Assembly (NCBI GenBank): GCA_028711705.1
Contig: JAQTRS010000002.1
Coordinates: forward strand, 137,617-201,616
From: Candidatus Moraniibacteriota bacterium
GTDB lineage: Bacteria > Patescibacteriota > Minisyncoccia > Moranbacterales > UBA1568
DNA: 64,000 nucleotides
Reading direction: 5' to 3'
Positions 18,724 to 30,596 of this stretch are shown here, one piece after another. Position numbers and translations under genes: made by a program. The notes under the pieces were generated by a model. The model worked only from the letters and a program-made list of their open reading frames with translations, searched no databases and had not been told where the DNA came from. Each line of letters opens with the position of its first letter. Position 1 is the stretch's first letter.

Positions 18724-21700
18724 TTACTTCTTGCCTTCTCGGAAACCGGTTCCGGCTGGAATCAATCGTCCGATGATAACGTTTTCCTTGAGGCCTCGCA
18801 AGCGATCCTCCTTGCCGGCGACGGCGGCATTGATCAGAACGCGGGCCGTCTCCATGAACGATGCGGCAGAAAGGAAGCTCTCGGTCGAAAGCGCCACTTT
18901 AGTGATACCCAGGATAAGTGCCATTCCGGTCGCCTCCTGCCCCTTGGTTGCCCTCGCCTCTTCGTTCGACTCCTCGAACTGGACGCGCTCCACGACATCG
19001 CCCGGCAGAAGCATCGTGCTTCCCGGTTCCGATACCTGGATACGAGAGAGCATCTGACGGATAATCACTTCGATGTGCTTGTCATTGATACCTTCACCCT
19101 GAGATGCATAGATTTCCTGGATCTCGCGGATGACGTAACGGTGCAGTTCTTCGCGGCCCATAACGGTGTAGAGCTTGCGCAAGTCGATGTGTCCTTCGGA
19201 AAGAACCGATCCTTGACCAATCAGATCACCCTCTTGAACCTTGAGCGTCGTACCGGCAGCGATCTGATATTCCTTCACGCTTTCGTCCTGTGCCTGCACT
19301 TTAACGACCACCACTTTGCTGCTTTCCTTGACGATGGATACCACACGTCCGGCCTCTTCGGCGATCAGCGCCTCGCCTTTGGGCTGACGAGCCTCGAAAA
19401 TTTCCTCGACACGAGGGAGGCCCTGCGTAATGTCCGATCCGGCGACACCGCCGATGTGGAAGGTACGCATCGTGAGCTGCGTTCCCGGTTCTCCGATAGC
19501 TTGAGCCGCCACGACGCCGACAGCCTGGCCGAGCTGCACCAAAGCGCTTCGTCCGAGATCCAAACCGTAACATTTCTGACAAACGCCCCTCATGCTCTTG
19601 CAGGTCACGACGCTTCGAATCTTCACCTTGTCGATGTTCAAATCCTCGATCGCCTGTCCCTGCGTCTTGGAGATAAGATCCCCGGCTTTGGCCACGACAT
19701 GTCCGGAAGCATCCGACACGTCCACCAATGCGACACGGCCCTCGACGCGTGTTGCGAAGCTCTGCCCGATGATATCGGAATCGGCCCTGTACAGGTAGGC
19801 GCCTTCGGTATCGCCACAATCGGTTTCGCGGATGATGATATCTTGTGCTACATCGACGAGACGGCGGGTCAAATAACCGGCGGTCGCAGTACGAAGAGCG
19901 GTATCCGCCATACCCTTACGGGCACCGTGCGTCGAGATGAAATACTCCAACACATTGAATCCTTCCTTGAACGAGCTCTTCACAGGAAGTTCGATCGTCT
20001 CACCTGTCGGACCGGCCATCAAGCCTTTCATACCGGTCATCTGCACGACGACCGATTCACTACCGCGGGCCTTGGAATAGACCATCGAGTACACCGGTCC
20101 TTCCTTATCCAAAGAGGCGCGCACGGCATCCGTAATCTTGTTCTTGGCTTCGTTCCAGATTTCGATCACGCGGTTGCGGCGTTCTTCATTGGTCAAAAGA
20201 CCCATGTTGTACTGACCTTTCACCTCGGCCACCTTGGTTTCAGCAACCGCCATGATGTCCTTCTTTTCTGTCGGCACCTTCAGGTCGTCCATACCCCAAC
20301 TGATTCCGGACTTACTGACGAAACGGAATGCCAAATCCTTCACGCGATCCGCGAAAAGAGCGGCCTCGTCCTGTCCAACCGACATCATGATGGTGATCAT
20401 CAGGTTCTTGAGGTCCTTCTTGATCAATTCCTCATTCACAAAACGCAATGTCTCCGGAAGAATATCATTGACCAACACGCGTCCGGCCGAAGTTTCGATG
20501 ATTTCACCGTTCCACAACAACTTGATGGCGGCGTTAATGGCGATCACTTCCGACTGATAGGCCAAGATAACCTCTTCCATCGAACTGAAGATCTTGCCTT
20601 CGCCCTTCATACCCCTCTTGATGTGCGAGAGGTAATACATACCGAGCACCATATCCAAAGACGGGGTCACGATCGGATCTCCCGAAGCCGGCTTGAGGAG
20701 ATTCTTCGCGGAAAGCATGATTTCGGCGCTTTCCTTGCGAGCATGATCAGTCAGTGGCACATGCACCGCCATCTGATCACCATCAAAGTCCGCATTGAAA
20801 GCGGTACACACCATAGGGTGCAGACGGATAGCCTTACCTTCGATCAATACCGGCTGGAAGGCCTGAATGGACAGACGATGAAGGGTCGGTGCGCGGTTGA
20901 GCAAAACATAGTGATGCTCGATGATCTGGTCGAGGATTTCATAGGCCTCTTCCGCTTCAGCATCCACCATCCTGCCGGCGGTACGCACATTATGAGCATA
21001 CTCGCGATCGATGAGCTTGTTGATGATGAACGGCTTGAAAAGTTCCAGCGCCATTTTCTTGGGCAGACCGCACTGATGCAGTTTGAGCTGCGGACCCACG
21101 ACGATAACGGATCGTCCCGAGTAATCCACACGCTTTCCCAAAAGGTTCTGACGGAAACGGCCCTGCTTTCCCTTGAGCGCGTCGGCCAGCGACCGAAGCG
21201 CACGGCGCTGTCCGGTCGAAGCGGCTGTCGATGCCTGTCCGCGACGGGCGCTGTTATCGAAGAGCGCATCCACCGCTTCTTGAAGCATGCGCTTTTCATT
21301 GCGCGTAATCACCTCCGGAGCACCGATACTGTTGAGTTTCTTCAGGCGGTTGTTTCGGTTGATGATGCGGCGGTACAGATCGTTCAGATCGGAGGTTGCA
21401 AACCTACCGCCGTCCAGCGCCACCATCGGACGAAGATCCGGCGGGATAACGGGGATGATGGTCGGAAGCATCCACTCCAATTTCAGATTCGCCTTCTTGA
21501 ATCCCTGGAACAATTTCAAACGCTGCAAGGCCTTCTTTCGATCAGGAGATTCATCCTTGTCGAGATTCTCTTTCAAGATTTCGGTGGTTGCATCGATATC
21601 GATCTTGCTCAGTACCTTGCGCACGGCCTCGGCACCGATACCGGCGTGAAACACCTGTCCGAAACGGGTCGAAAGATTGAAATACTCCACTTCGGAGAGG

Positions 21701-22320
21701 ATCTGGAACGGCTGGAGGTTCTTGATATCCTCCTTGGCGGAACGGTACTGATCCTTCAGGTCATCCATGCCGGCATCGACCGCCTTCTCGTCGTCGCCGT
21801 GATTGTTCTTGACTTCCTTCTGTTTGGACCTGTACTCGCGCTCGAGCTGTTCGACGGCGCGCTCCTTTTCTACCTCATCCACCTCGGTGATGATGTAGGC
21901 GGAAAAATAGATGACCTTCTCCAATTCCTGCGGGGAGATTCCCAAAGCGAGACCGATCTTGGATGGCACGCCACGGAGGAACCAGATATGCGAAACCGGC
22001 GCGGCGAGCTTGATGTGCCCCATGCGCTCACGGCGAACGATGGAACGGGTCACCTCGACTCCGCACTTATCGCACACGATGCCTTTGTAACGGATGCGCT
22101 TGTATTTTCCGCAGTAACACTCCCAGTCCTTGGCCGGACCGAAGATTTTTTCGCAAAACAGACCGTCGAGCTCATAGCGCTGAGTTCGATAGTTGATGGT
22201 CTCGGGCTTGGTTATTTCACCATGCGACCACTCCATCATCTGGTCAGGACTCGCGAGGCTGAGGCGGACGCTCTCGAAGTCGCTTACTTTCGTAATGTTG
22301 TTTTCCATGATCTTGTTCAT
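18724..22320 (-). CDS. rpoC: DNA-directed RNA polymerase subunit beta'
   Basis: [12 protein letters not shown] catalytic motif, [23 protein letters not shown]. Confidence 0.98.
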   Translation of the reverse strand: MNKIMENNITKVSDFESVRLSLASPDQMMEWSHGEITKPETINYRTQRYELDGLFCEKIFGPAKDWECYCGKYKRIRYKGIVCDKCGVEVTRSIVRRERMGHIKLAAPVSHIWFLRGVPSKIGLALGISPQELEKVIYFSAYIITEVDEVEKERAVEQLEREYRSKQKEVKNNHGDDEKAVDAGMDDLKDQYRSAKEDIKNLQPFQILSEVEYFNLSTRFGQVFHAGIGAEAVRKVLSKIDIDATTEILKENLDKDESPDRKKALQRLKLFQGFKKANLKLEWMLPTIIPVIPPDLRPMVALDGGRFATSDLNDLYRRIINRNNRLKKLNSIGAPEVITRNEKRMLQEAVDALFDNSARRGQASTAASTGQRRALRSLADALKGKQGRFRQNLLGKRVDYSGRSVIVVGPQLKLHQCGLPKKMALELFKPFIINKLIDREYAHNVRTAGRMVDAEAEEAYEILDQIIEHHYVLLNRAPTLHRLSIQAFQPVLIEGKAIRLHPMVCTAFNADFDGDQMAVHVPLTDHARKESAEIMLSAKNLLKPASGDPIVTPSLDMVLGMYYLSHIKRGMKGEGKIFSSMEEVILAYQSEVIAINAAIKLLWNGEIIETSAGRVLVNDILPETLRFVNEELIKKDLKNLMITIMMSVGQDEAALFADRVKDLAFRFVSKSGISWGMDDLKVPTEKKDIMAVAETKVAEVKGQYNMGLLTNEERRNRVIEIWNEAKNKITDAVRASLDKEGPVYSMVYSKARGSESVVVQMTGMKGLMAGPTGETIELPVKSSFKEGFNVLEYFISTHGARKGMADTALRTATAGYLTRRLVDVAQDIIIRETDCGDTEGAYLYRADSDIIGQSFATRVEGRVALVDVSDASGHVVAKAGDLISKTQGQAIEDLNIDKVKIRSVVTCKSMRGVCQKCYGLDLGRSALVQLGQAVGVVAAQAIGEPGTQLTMRTFHIGGVAGSDITQGLPRVEEIFEARQPKGEALIAEEAGRVVSIVKESSKVVVVKVQAQDESVKEYQIAAGTTLKVQEGDLIGQGSVLSEGHIDLRKLYTVMGREELHRYVIREIQEIYASQGEGINDKHIEVIIRQMLSRIQVSEPGSTMLLPGDVVERVQFEESNEEARATKGQEATGMALILGITKVALSTESFLSAASFMETARVLINAAVAGKEDRLRGLKENVIIGRLIPAGTGFREGKK

Positions 22321-22373
22321 AAGTTTAGGTTATTGAAGCGCCGGGCGTAGCAAGTACGCCCCGCGTTATATAA

Positions 22374-25300
22374 TTATGCTTTTTGAGTAGTATCCTCAAG
22401 TGTAATTGGTTCGATAACCGCTTCCGTTATGACAACATCTTCGTCTTCGGGATCGAAGCTTTCGATCTTCGCTCCTACCAATTCTACGTTCAAGCACAAT
22501 CCCTTCAATTCATTGACCAACACATGGAATGACGCCGGGAGGTTCGGACTCTTGATCACCTCGCCCTTGATGATGGATTCATAGGCCTTCGAGCGACCCA
22601 AGACATCGTCGGATTTGATCGTGAGCATTTCCTGGAGCGTATGAGCGGCACCATAACCTTCGAGCGCCCACACTTCCATTTCTCCGAATCGCTGTCCTCC
22701 GAACTGAGCCTTGCCGCCCAGCGGCTGCTGCGTGATCAGAGAGTACGGTCCGATGGAACGCATATGCAACTTGTCCTCGATCAAGTGATTGAGTTTCAAA
22801 ACATACATAACACCGACGGTCGATTCATTATCGAATTTCTCTCCGGTTCGTCCGTCCACCAACTGGCTCTTTCCGTTTTCAGGAAGCCCTGCGGCGCGGA
22901 GTTCGGATTTGATATCCTCTTCGGACACGCCGTCGAGCGCCGGGCTGGCCACATTGTAACCGAGCTTGAGCGCTGCCCATCCCAAATGCGTTTCCAGGAT
23001 CTGTCCGATATTCATACGGCTCGCCACACCCAGCGGGTTGAGAATGACATCCACCGGAGTACCGTCCGGAAGATACGGCATATCCTCGACCGGCGCGATA
23101 CGGGAAATGACACCCTTGTTTCCGTGACGCCCAGCAAGCTTGTCTCCAACAGATACCTTTCGCAACTGAGCGATAGAGATCTGTATCTGCTGAAAGACGC
23201 CCATAGGCAATTTGTCACCGTTCTCACGGGAGAAGATCTTGATATCGACAACCTTTCCGTGCTCGCCGTGCGGGAGATACAGGGAAGTATCCTTCACGTC
23301 ACGGGATTTTTCACCGAAGATGACGCGGAGCAATCGCTCTTCAGCTGTCAGATCGCCTTCGCCCTTCGGAGAAATCTTGCCAACCAAAATATCGCCGGAT
23401 GAGATCTCGGCACCGATGCGGATGATTCCCATTTCGTCGAGGTTCTTCAAACGGTCTTCGCCGATATTAGGGATATCGCGGGTCACGACTTCCGGCCCAA
23501 GCTTGGTGTCGCGAACGTCGAGGGTGAAGTCTTCGATATGGATAGAGCTGTAACGATCCTCATGGAGCAATCGTTCAGAAAGAATGATAGCGTCTTCGAA
23601 GTTATACCCCTGCCATGGCACGAAAGCCACCACCATATTCTGTCCCAAAGCGAGCTCACCGTGATCGGTTGAGGCACCGTCCGCGAGCAAAGATCCCTTC
23701 TTGACGATGGCACCCTTCTTGACGCGAGGCACTTGGTTCATGCTCGTGAACGAGTTGGACTTAGCAAAACTCTGCAAGTGATAGATATGATCAACATAGG
23801 GCTTTTTGGATCCGGCAGGAGCTTCTTCGCGTACCGTCACATGGCTGGCATCAACAGAAATGACCTCGCCGGGACGCACGGCCAACACGACCTGTCCCGA
23901 ATCGGCGGCAGCCTTGTCTTCGATACCGGTTCCCACGATAGGAGCCTGTGGCTTCACGCACGATACGGCCTGGCGTTGCATGTTCGAACCCATGAGGGCG
24001 CGGTTGGCATCGTCGTGCTCCAAGAAAGGAATGAGGGAAGTCGCGATAGAAATACACTGTTTCACGGACACATCCACATAGTTCACCAAAGCGGCTTCCG
24101 CCATTTCAGGATGCCCCTTCACGCGGGCTTCGATCATCGCGTCCAAGATATTGTCATGATCATCGATGTGGATGCCGGCATGCGCGATAATCTGCTTGTC
24201 TTCGACAATAGCGTTCAGATACTCGATCTCGCGGGTCACGAACGGCCTTACCGCAACGGTCTTGATATCCTTCTTCGCAGCGATCTTCTGCGCCAAGGCA
24301 GCATCGATCATCGTGTCCGCGGAAGCGACGCCGTCGATATCCTTCGCCAAAGTGCGGTGCTGAAGCGCCTTCGCATCGTTTGCAACTTCATTGGATACCT
24401 TAAGGTAGGGCGTTTCCAAGAATCCATATTCATTGACACGGGCATAGCTCGCCATATGTCCCACCAGACCGATGTTCGGACCTTCCGGCGTTTCCACCGG
24501 GCAGATTCTTCCGTAATGGGAATGGTGAACATCGCGCACTTCGAATCCGGCACGCTCACGAGTCAGACCTCCGGGACCCATAGCACTCATACGGCGTTTG
24601 TGCTCAAGCTCGGCCAGCGGATTGACCTGGTCCATGAACTGCGACAACTGGGAACTCGAGAAGAATTCCTTTACGGAAGCGGCCACCGGACGAGGATTGA
24701 TAATCTGTCCCGGAACCACCGTCAAAGGATCGCAGGTGCTCATCCTGTCTTTGACATTGCGCACCATACGGTACATACCGACACGCAATTTGTTCTGAAT
24801 CAGCTCGCCTACCGCGCGCACGCGACGGTTGCCGAGGTGGTCGATATCATCCGGCTTCGCGAGCGGATCATTGTTGAGCTTGATGACTTCCTTGATGACC
24901 AAAATCAGGTCTTCCGTATTCAGTACGCGGTTCGCCTCGATATCCTCGCGCTCGATTTCCAAGCGCTGGTTCAGGCGGTAGCGTCCCACGGCGCCGAAGT
25001 CATAACGCTCGAAGTTGAAGAACATCGCATTGACCATTGATTTGGCATTCTCCTCAGTCGCCAGATCTCCCGGACGAAGACGCTTGTATATTTCCTTATA
25101 GCCTTCGCCTTGGTTGCTGGCAGGATCCTTGGCAAGCGTCTCTGTCATGAACTTGATCTCTCCGGTGTCCACGTCCTCGAACGTATCGAGGATTTCCTTC
25201 TCGGTGAAACCGAACGCCTTCAGAAGCGTCGTGACCGGAGCCTTGCGCTTGCGGTCGATCTTGGCGGAGATGACACCGTCGAAATCGGTCTCGATTTCAA

Positions 25301-25832
25301 GCCATGCACCACGGTTCGGGATCAGCTTCGCGCCGAACAGCTTGCGACCCTTCTGGTAGTTCATCGTGAAGAAGACGCCCGGGCTGCGAATCAGCTGACT
25401 GACCACGACGCGCTCCACGCCGTTGATAATGAAGGTTCCGCGATCCGTCATCAAAGGGAATTCACCCAAATAGATTTCCTGCTCTTTCACCTCGCCCGTC
25501 TTTTTCATCGTAAGCGTCGCCTTGGCACGCAGAGGCGCTTCATAGGAAATGTTTTTCGCCTTCGCCGTGATCTCATCGTACTTAGGCTCATCCAAATAAT
25601 AGCTGTCCAGCGTGAGTTCCATGTCCTTGCCTGCGAAATCCTTCATCGGATTGACCTCGACTAAAAGCTCTTTCAAACCCTTCTCCCAGAACCACTTAAA
25701 GGAATCGAGCTGGACCTCGATGAGGTTCGGCAGCGACACCATGATGCGGCGGTTGAAAAACTTTCTCTTCGAAAGGGATGAACCGGCACCGAAATTATCC
25801 TTGATCGACAGACTCTTTTTTTCCGTAGACAT
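22374..25832 (-). CDS. rpoB: DNA-directed RNA polymerase subunit beta
   Basis: ETPEGPNIGL, GDKLAGRHGNKG and GGQRFGEMEVWAL motifs; start placed at ATG 25832. Confidence 0.98.
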   Translation of the reverse strand: MSTEKKSLSIKDNFGAGSSLSKRKFFNRRIMVSLPNLIEVQLDSFKWFWEKGLKELLVEVNPMKDFAGKDMELTLDSYYLDEPKYDEITAKAKNISYEAPLRAKATLTMKKTGEVKEQEIYLGEFPLMTDRGTFIINGVERVVVSQLIRSPGVFFTMNYQKGRKLFGAKLIPNRGAWLEIETDFDGVISAKIDRKRKAPVTTLLKAFGFTEKEILDTFEDVDTGEIKFMTETLAKDPASNQGEGYKEIYKRLRPGDLATEENAKSMVNAMFFNFERYDFGAVGRYRLNQRLEIEREDIEANRVLNTEDLILVIKEVIKLNNDPLAKPDDIDHLGNRRVRAVGELIQNKLRVGMYRMVRNVKDRMSTCDPLTVVPGQIINPRPVAASVKEFFSSSQLSQFMDQVNPLAELEHKRRMSAMGPGGLTRERAGFEVRDVHHSHYGRICPVETPEGPNIGLVGHMASYARVNEYGFLETPYLKVSNEVANDAKALQHRTLAKDIDGVASADTMIDAALAQKIAAKKDIKTVAVRPFVTREIEYLNAIVEDKQIIAHAGIHIDDHDNILDAMIEARVKGHPEMAEAALVNYVDVSVKQCISIATSLIPFLEHDDANRALMGSNMQRQAVSCVKPQAPIVGTGIEDKAAADSGQVVLAVRPGEVISVDASHVTVREEAPAGSKKPYVDHIYHLQSFAKSNSFTSMNQVPRVKKGAIVKKGSLLADGASTDHGELALGQNMVVAFVPWQGYNFEDAIILSERLLHEDRYSSIHIEDFTLDVRDTKLGPEVVTRDIPNIGEDRLKNLDEMGIIRIGAEISSGDILVGKISPKGEGDLTAEERLLRVIFGEKSRDVKDTSLYLPHGEHGKVVDIKIFSRENGDKLPMGVFQQIQISIAQLRKVSVGDKLAGRHGNKGVISRIAPVEDMPYLPDGTPVDVILNPLGVASRMNIGQILETHLGWAALKLGYNVASPALDGVSEEDIKSELRAAGLPENGKSQLVDGRTGEKFDNESTVGVMYVLKLNHLIEDKLHMRSIGPYSLITQQPLGGKAQFGGQRFGEMEVWALEGYGAAHTLQEMLTIKSDDVLGRSKAYESIIKGEVIKSPNLPASFHVLVNELKGLCLNVELVGAKIESFDPEDEDVVITEAVIEPITLEDTTQKA

Positions 25833-25862
25833 ACAAAAACGCCCATGCGTCGCCCCTTTGCA

Positions 25863-25986
25863 TGAGGATTTTTGCATTCGGTGCAGATCGAGGCACAAGC
25901 GAGGAGCGCAGTAAGTCGTACAGGGAAGTACGGCGTCGAGCACCGGAGCTTGAAACGAAGAGCTGCGCCTAATGGGAAAGTCCTCA
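25863..25986. repeat. Structured, MITE-like hairpin element in the rpoB leader
   Basis: Nested inverted repeats tgaggatttt/aaagtcctca, ggtgcag/ctgcgcc and gtcgtac/gtacggc. Confidence 0.55.
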
Positions 25987-26195
25987 AAAAGGTGCGGGCT
26001 ATGAGATTTATTATGGTGGCTAATTAAACGAGGGCACGAACACTAAACATTCATTCGGTACTTTAACTCCCCATTCCACCACTTTGCTTTACGTAAGCCA
26101 TAAAACAGTTAGAAAAACGAGCAGTCATTGCTTAAAGTAACCTTCAACCCAATCAGTCCTAGATCGTGCATTTCTTGAAAGTTGAATACTTACGT

Positions 26196-26224
26196 ATAGT
26201 AGCAATTGCGTGAGTTTTTGTCAA
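26196..26224 (-). promoter_or_regulatory. Putative rpoBC promoter
   Basis: TTGACA-17 nt-TACTAT on the minus strand. Confidence 0.65.
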
Positions 26225-26228
26225 ATTC

Positions 26229-26927
26229 CTAAAATAGCGTGTTGGCCGGTTTTGCAACAGGAGATGGCGCATGCTCATTCTTGACGGATTCGAGGAGCTT
26301 TTTGCGACCGTGCAGTTCGGCGATATATTCCCAATTGCGGAATTCCGGATATTTCTCGAGCTGCTTCTCCAAAATCTCCACCGTCACCTCGACATCCCCT
26401 GCTCCGGTATGAGCAGACGTGTGCTCTTTGCCGCAATAGAGCTTATAGGCTGCCGAAAGATTGCGGGCCGAGACCATATCGCGGGCCGCCATCTTGTGAT
26501 ACAAAACCTTGGCATCTAGGATGCGCTTATTGCTGTAATCGAAGTTCTTGCCTACTTTGGCGAATTCCGCGCGCAAAAATGGCAAATCGAATCCCGTGAT
26601 ATTGAATCCCCCCACGTCCGATCCCTCGAACACGCTCCACAATTCATAGCACAATTGCGCGAATGACGGAGCCTCTGCCACATCCGCATCCGAAATGCCG
26701 TGTATCGCCTTAGCGTCCTCCGGTATCGGCATACCCGGATTGATGCGCTTGGCTACGGCGATCACCTGACCATTGGGCATGATTTTCCGGTAGGCGATCT
26801 CCACCATCCGGTCCTCGCCAATGGCAAGACCGGTCGTCTCGAGGTCGAAGATGACCATCGGGCGCTCAAGCGGTAAAAATTGCGGGATACTGGAAGTTGA
26901 CATAAACATTTCGAAAGTTAAATACAC
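26229..26927 (-). CDS. DEDDh 3'-5' exonuclease (DnaQ/Pol III epsilon-like)
   Basis: FDLETTG, GFNITGFDLPFL and AHTGAGDV motifs; start may be 26903. Confidence 0.9.
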   Translation of the reverse strand: MYLTFEMFMSTSSIPQFLPLERPMVIFDLETTGLAIGEDRMVEIAYRKIMPNGQVIAVAKRINPGMPIPEDAKAIHGISDADVAEAPSFAQLCYELWSVFEGSDVGGFNITGFDLPFLRAEFAKVGKNFDYSNKRILDAKVLYHKMAARDMVSARNLSAAYKLYCGKEHTSAHTGAGDVEVTVEILEKQLEKYPEFRNWEYIAELHGRKKLLESVKNEHAPSPVAKPANTLF

Positions 26928-26969
26928 ATAGAGTCCACTTCAGTATAGCAAGACGGGGACGGATTGTCA

Positions 26970-28799
26970 TTATTCGACCGTCACGCTCTTGGCAAGATTG
27001 CGTGGCCGATCGACATCATAACCTTTGGCGACGCTCATATGATAGGCGAAGAGCTGGAGCGGGATGATCGACAGAATCGGTGTCAGAAGTTCGAGCGTCT
27101 TGGGGATGAGAATGACCTCGTCCGCCTTCCCACCGATAGCCTCATTGCCCTCGGTCGTGATAACGATCACTCTGCCTCCGCGCGCCTTGATTTCCTCCAG
27201 GCCGCTGATGGATTTTTCATAGACGCTGTCCTTGGGCGCGATGAACAGACACAAAGACTGCTCATCGATCAGGGCGATCGGCCCGTGTTTCATCTCGCCC
27301 GTCGGATACCCCTGGGCCGGCACATAGGCGATCTCCTTGATCTTGAGCGCCCCCTCAAGGGCGATCGGCATATTGTACTTCCTTCCCAGATAGAGAAAGT
27401 GAGGCGTGTCCTGATATTTCTTTGCCATCTTTTTGATAGGCTCCGACTGTTCCGCTACTTTCTCTATCAAGCTCGGCAACATCCTTAATCCTTCAGCGAT
27501 ACGTTTTCCTGTCACCAAAGACATCCCACGCATCCGCCCGAAGTACAGTGTCAGCAAAGCGAGGATGGCGAGCTGAGAAGTGAAGGCTTTGGTCGACGCG
27601 ACGGACACTTCCGGACCGGCATGATTATATATCCCCGCATCGGTCTCGCGCGCAATCGTCGACCCGACAACATTGACCACGCCCAAAGTCAGGGCGCCCT
27701 TGCGCTTCGCCTCACGGACAGCCGCTAAGGTGTCCGCCGTCTCCCCCGATTGCGACAGGGCGATGACGGCCGTGCGTTCATCGATCAAGGATTTACGATA
27801 GCGGAACTCCGAAGCATATTCCACCTCCACCGGGATGCCGGCGTATTCTTCGAGCATATACTCCCCCGCAAGTCCCGCATGATAGGATGTCCCGCAGGAC
27901 GCGATGACGATGCGATCGATTTTCCGCAGACGCTCCTCAACCGGCATCAACCCCCCGAGCTTCGCCAGGCCTTCTTCCACAAGCAAGCGCCCGCGCAGCG
28001 CGTCTTCGAAACTCTTGGGCTGCTCCAATATTTCCTTGATCATGAAATGCGGGTGACCACCCTTCTGCGCCTGCTCCTGTGACCACTCCAAAATCTGCTC
28101 TTCTTTTTCAAGCAATTCATGGTCCAATGTTTTGACACGGTAACCTTGCAGATCAATGATCGCCATCTCCCCATCTTCCAGGTAGATGACTTTGCTCACA
28201 TGCCCCACCATCGCCGAAACATCCGAGGCCACCAGGTATTCATCCGTTCCCACCCCGATAACCAGCGGGCTTCCCTTACGCGCCACGAACAGCTTCTCGG
28301 GATCGGAAACGCCCATCATCGCCACGCCATAGGTTCCCTGAAGCGCCGAGAGTGCCCTTGTGAATGCGTCCTCGAATTCGCAGGATTTCAATTCCTCTTC
28401 CACGAGATGCGCGATTACTTCGCTATCGGTTTCGGAGACGAATCTATGTCCCTTACCGACCAGCATATCCCGAAGCTCCTGATAATTCTCAACGATACCG
28501 TTGTGCACCAAGCTCAGATTGCCAAAGCAATCGGCGTGCGGATGCGCATTCGTTTCGGACGGCTTACCATGCGTTGCCCAACGGGTATGCGCGATTCCCA
28601 GCATCGCCTGCCGGGCGTCCCCTCGTATCTTCGATTCGAGTTCGGCCACTTTTCCTACGGCTTTCGTCAGAAATATCCGCCCGTCTTTCATGACGGCCAT
28701 GCCGGCGCTATCGTATCCGCGGTATTCCAGGCGGCGTAAACCTTCGATCAAAAAGTCCTTCGCGTTTCTCTTTCCGATGTATCCGATGATTCCACACAT
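26970..28799 (-). CDS. glmS: Glutamine--fructose-6-phosphate aminotransferase
   Basis: MCGIIG, HTRWATHG, SQSGET and RNLAKSVTVE motifs. Confidence 0.98.
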   Translation of the reverse strand: MCGIIGYIGKRNAKDFLIEGLRRLEYRGYDSAGMAVMKDGRIFLTKAVGKVAELESKIRGDARQAMLGIAHTRWATHGKPSETNAHPHADCFGNLSLVHNGIVENYQELRDMLVGKGHRFVSETDSEVIAHLVEEELKSCEFEDAFTRALSALQGTYGVAMMGVSDPEKLFVARKGSPLVIGVGTDEYLVASDVSAMVGHVSKVIYLEDGEMAIIDLQGYRVKTLDHELLEKEEQILEWSQEQAQKGGHPHFMIKEILEQPKSFEDALRGRLLVEEGLAKLGGLMPVEERLRKIDRIVIASCGTSYHAGLAGEYMLEEYAGIPVEVEYASEFRYRKSLIDERTAVIALSQSGETADTLAAVREAKRKGALTLGVVNVVGSTIARETDAGIYNHAGPEVSVASTKAFTSQLAILALLTLYFGRMRGMSLVTGKRIAEGLRMLPSLIEKVAEQSEPIKKMAKKYQDTPHFLYLGRKYNMPIALEGALKIKEIAYVPAQGYPTGEMKHGPIALIDEQSLCLFIAPKDSVYEKSISGLEEIKARGGRVIVITTEGNEAIGGKADEVILIPKTLELLTPILSIIPLQLFAYHMSVAKGYDVDRPRNLAKSVTVE

Positions 28800-28854
28800 A
28801 TGTTTGGGAATTAAAAGTTACCGTTTCTTCTCCGGCAGCTGCGGCCGGTGCCGA

Positions 28855-29496
28855 TCAAGCGGAAAGCACCTTCACTATAGCATCAAAGTCCTGGATCATA
28901 AAATCGGCAGAAGGGCTTTGTACGTCCTGATAACGCCCCTCCGACCGCATCACCTGCACCGTCTTCACGGCCGGGATATTCTTTTTGACATCGTCGATAT
29001 ATTCGGCCCGATCATCGAAAAACCATACCGGTTCATCGCCGGATCTTTCCATCACCAACACTATCGGAACATACTTTTTCTCCTGCACGATAAACACCTC
29101 ATCGAAGTATTCCCGCAAGCCCGTGCCGTTTATCTTCTCGTTCTGAAATGCCGACTGCCCGAAGGAAAGCACGTATACCCGTATATTTTTTTCACGCGCC
29201 CTCTCAAAAAACAGGCGTATATCGGGAAAGACATAGCGGGAAGTGTCTTGTAAAAATACTGCCGCCGATTTCCTCACCGCATCGGTATCGAACACGATTT
29301 TTTGCGAAGCGATACTACTGAGGTGCATTTCCATATCATAGATCGCCGTGTCGTCACCGAGCACACGATACGCGTTTTGGCGGGTCTTCTTATACATATC
29401 GAACGGAACGCCGTTATCGGTGAATACCGTCGAAAAATCCGTGACGAAATCCCGCGTATTGAAAATCGTGTCGTCCCAATCGATAAAAACTCTCAT
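28855..29496 (-). CDS. HAD-superfamily hydrolase
   Basis: IDWDDTIFNT motif I and FFDDR motif IV. Confidence 0.85.
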   Translation of the reverse strand: MRVFIDWDDTIFNTRDFVTDFSTVFTDNGVPFDMYKKTRQNAYRVLGDDTAIYDMEMHLSSIASQKIVFDTDAVRKSAAVFLQDTSRYVFPDIRLFFERAREKNIRVYVLSFGQSAFQNEKINGTGLREYFDEVFIVQEKKYVPIVLVMERSGDEPVWFFDDRAEYIDDVKKNIPAVKTVQVMRSEGRYQDVQSPSADFMIQDFDAIVKVLSA

Positions 29497-30533
29497 ATGA
29501 TGTCTTGTATTATTTTTTTATTTTCATTGAATGTCAGCAGGAACTCGATAACCTGCGCCAGCTTATCGGAATCATGCCGGATGAAGGAACGCGTGTTGGT
29601 GAGGACATCGTTTTTGTGTATCTCCGGGACCTTATTGCTCACAACATTCGCCTTAACGACCTTGTATGTCCGCTCGACATACTCATGAAACAAAACCTGC
29701 GCGCCTTTGCCCTCGAATTGCTCGTATTTTTCGATCAGTTCCTTTTTCAATTTATGATCGTTATAGACCACATAGTCGATGCGTCCCTCCTCGATATAGC
29801 GCTCCAATGATTGAACATACTCGCGCACGCTCCACCCGTCCGTCAATCCCCTTTTGTTGGTGAGATTAGCAACATACACGATACGAGCCTTCGCATTCCG
29901 TATGGCCGTCGATACCTCCTCGATCAGAAGATTCGGCACTATGCTCCCAAAGTGATCCCCAGGACCGAGCACAATCACATTCGCCTCACGGATAGCGCTG
30001 AGCGCATCGGCATTGGCACGCACGGCGTGCTCCAGCCTAATGCTTTTAAGCCTGATACCCTTCTCCCGAAGGTCCGCATTGCTGTCCAACTGATCCTCGC
30101 CATACAACACCTCCCCATTCTCAAGCGTGGTAATAAAACGCATATCATCCTCCGTCACCGGAAGCACCCGCCCGTAAACATTGAGGATACGCGACGCCTC
30201 CCTGAGTCCGCGCGACATCCCGCCACAGGTTTTTTCCAAGGCGCTGATCAGGATATTCCCGAAATTATGCCCCGCAAGCCCTCCGTTCTCGAAACGGTAA
30301 TTCATCAGATCGCGCATCTTCTCTGATGAGCGCGAGAGCGCGACCAGGCACTGGCGCACGTCTCCGGGTGGCAATACGCCCAATTCATCGCGCAGTACGC
30401 CCGTCGATCCGCCGTCATCAGCCATCGTGACGATCGCCGAAAGATCCACCGGATATTTTTTCAACCCGGAAAGCAGCGTGAAGCTTCCTGTCCCTCCTCC
30501 AATGGTAACGATTTTTTTCCTTTTCATACTCAT
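29493..30533 (-). CDS. yvcK: YvcK/GlmR (CofD-like) UDP-GlcNAc-binding protein
   Basis: GGGTG, MADDGGSTGVLR, PPGDVR, GHNFGN and RHDSDKLA motifs. Confidence 0.9.
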   Translation of the reverse strand: MSMKRKKIVTIGGGTGSFTLLSGLKKYPVDLSAIVTMADDGGSTGVLRDELGVLPPGDVRQCLVALSRSSEKMRDLMNYRFENGGLAGHNFGNILISALEKTCGGMSRGLREASRILNVYGRVLPVTEDDMRFITTLENGEVLYGEDQLDSNADLREKGIRLKSIRLEHAVRANADALSAIREANVIVLGPGDHFGSIVPNLLIEEVSTAIRNAKARIVYVANLTNKRGLTDGWSVREYVQSLERYIEEGRIDYVVYNDHKLKKELIEKYEQFEGKGAQVLFHEYVERTYKVVKANVVSNKVPEIHKNDVLTNTRSFIRHDSDKLAQVIEFLLTFNENKKIIQDII

Positions 30534-30596
30534 GATTTACATATCCGAAGTAAGTATTGTTGGCACGTAATGATGCATCCGCTATCAAATACATCA

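Noticed and set aside
18637-22350. 1237-aa plus-strand ORF antisense to rpoC
   Set aside because: Mirrors the rpoC frame almost exactly, has shadow-like composition and no recognisable motifs; long antisense ORFs opposite conserved genes are a common codon-usage artefact
28800-28854. glmS ribozyme
   Set aside because: The intergenic region is only about 55 nt and lacks the conserved core
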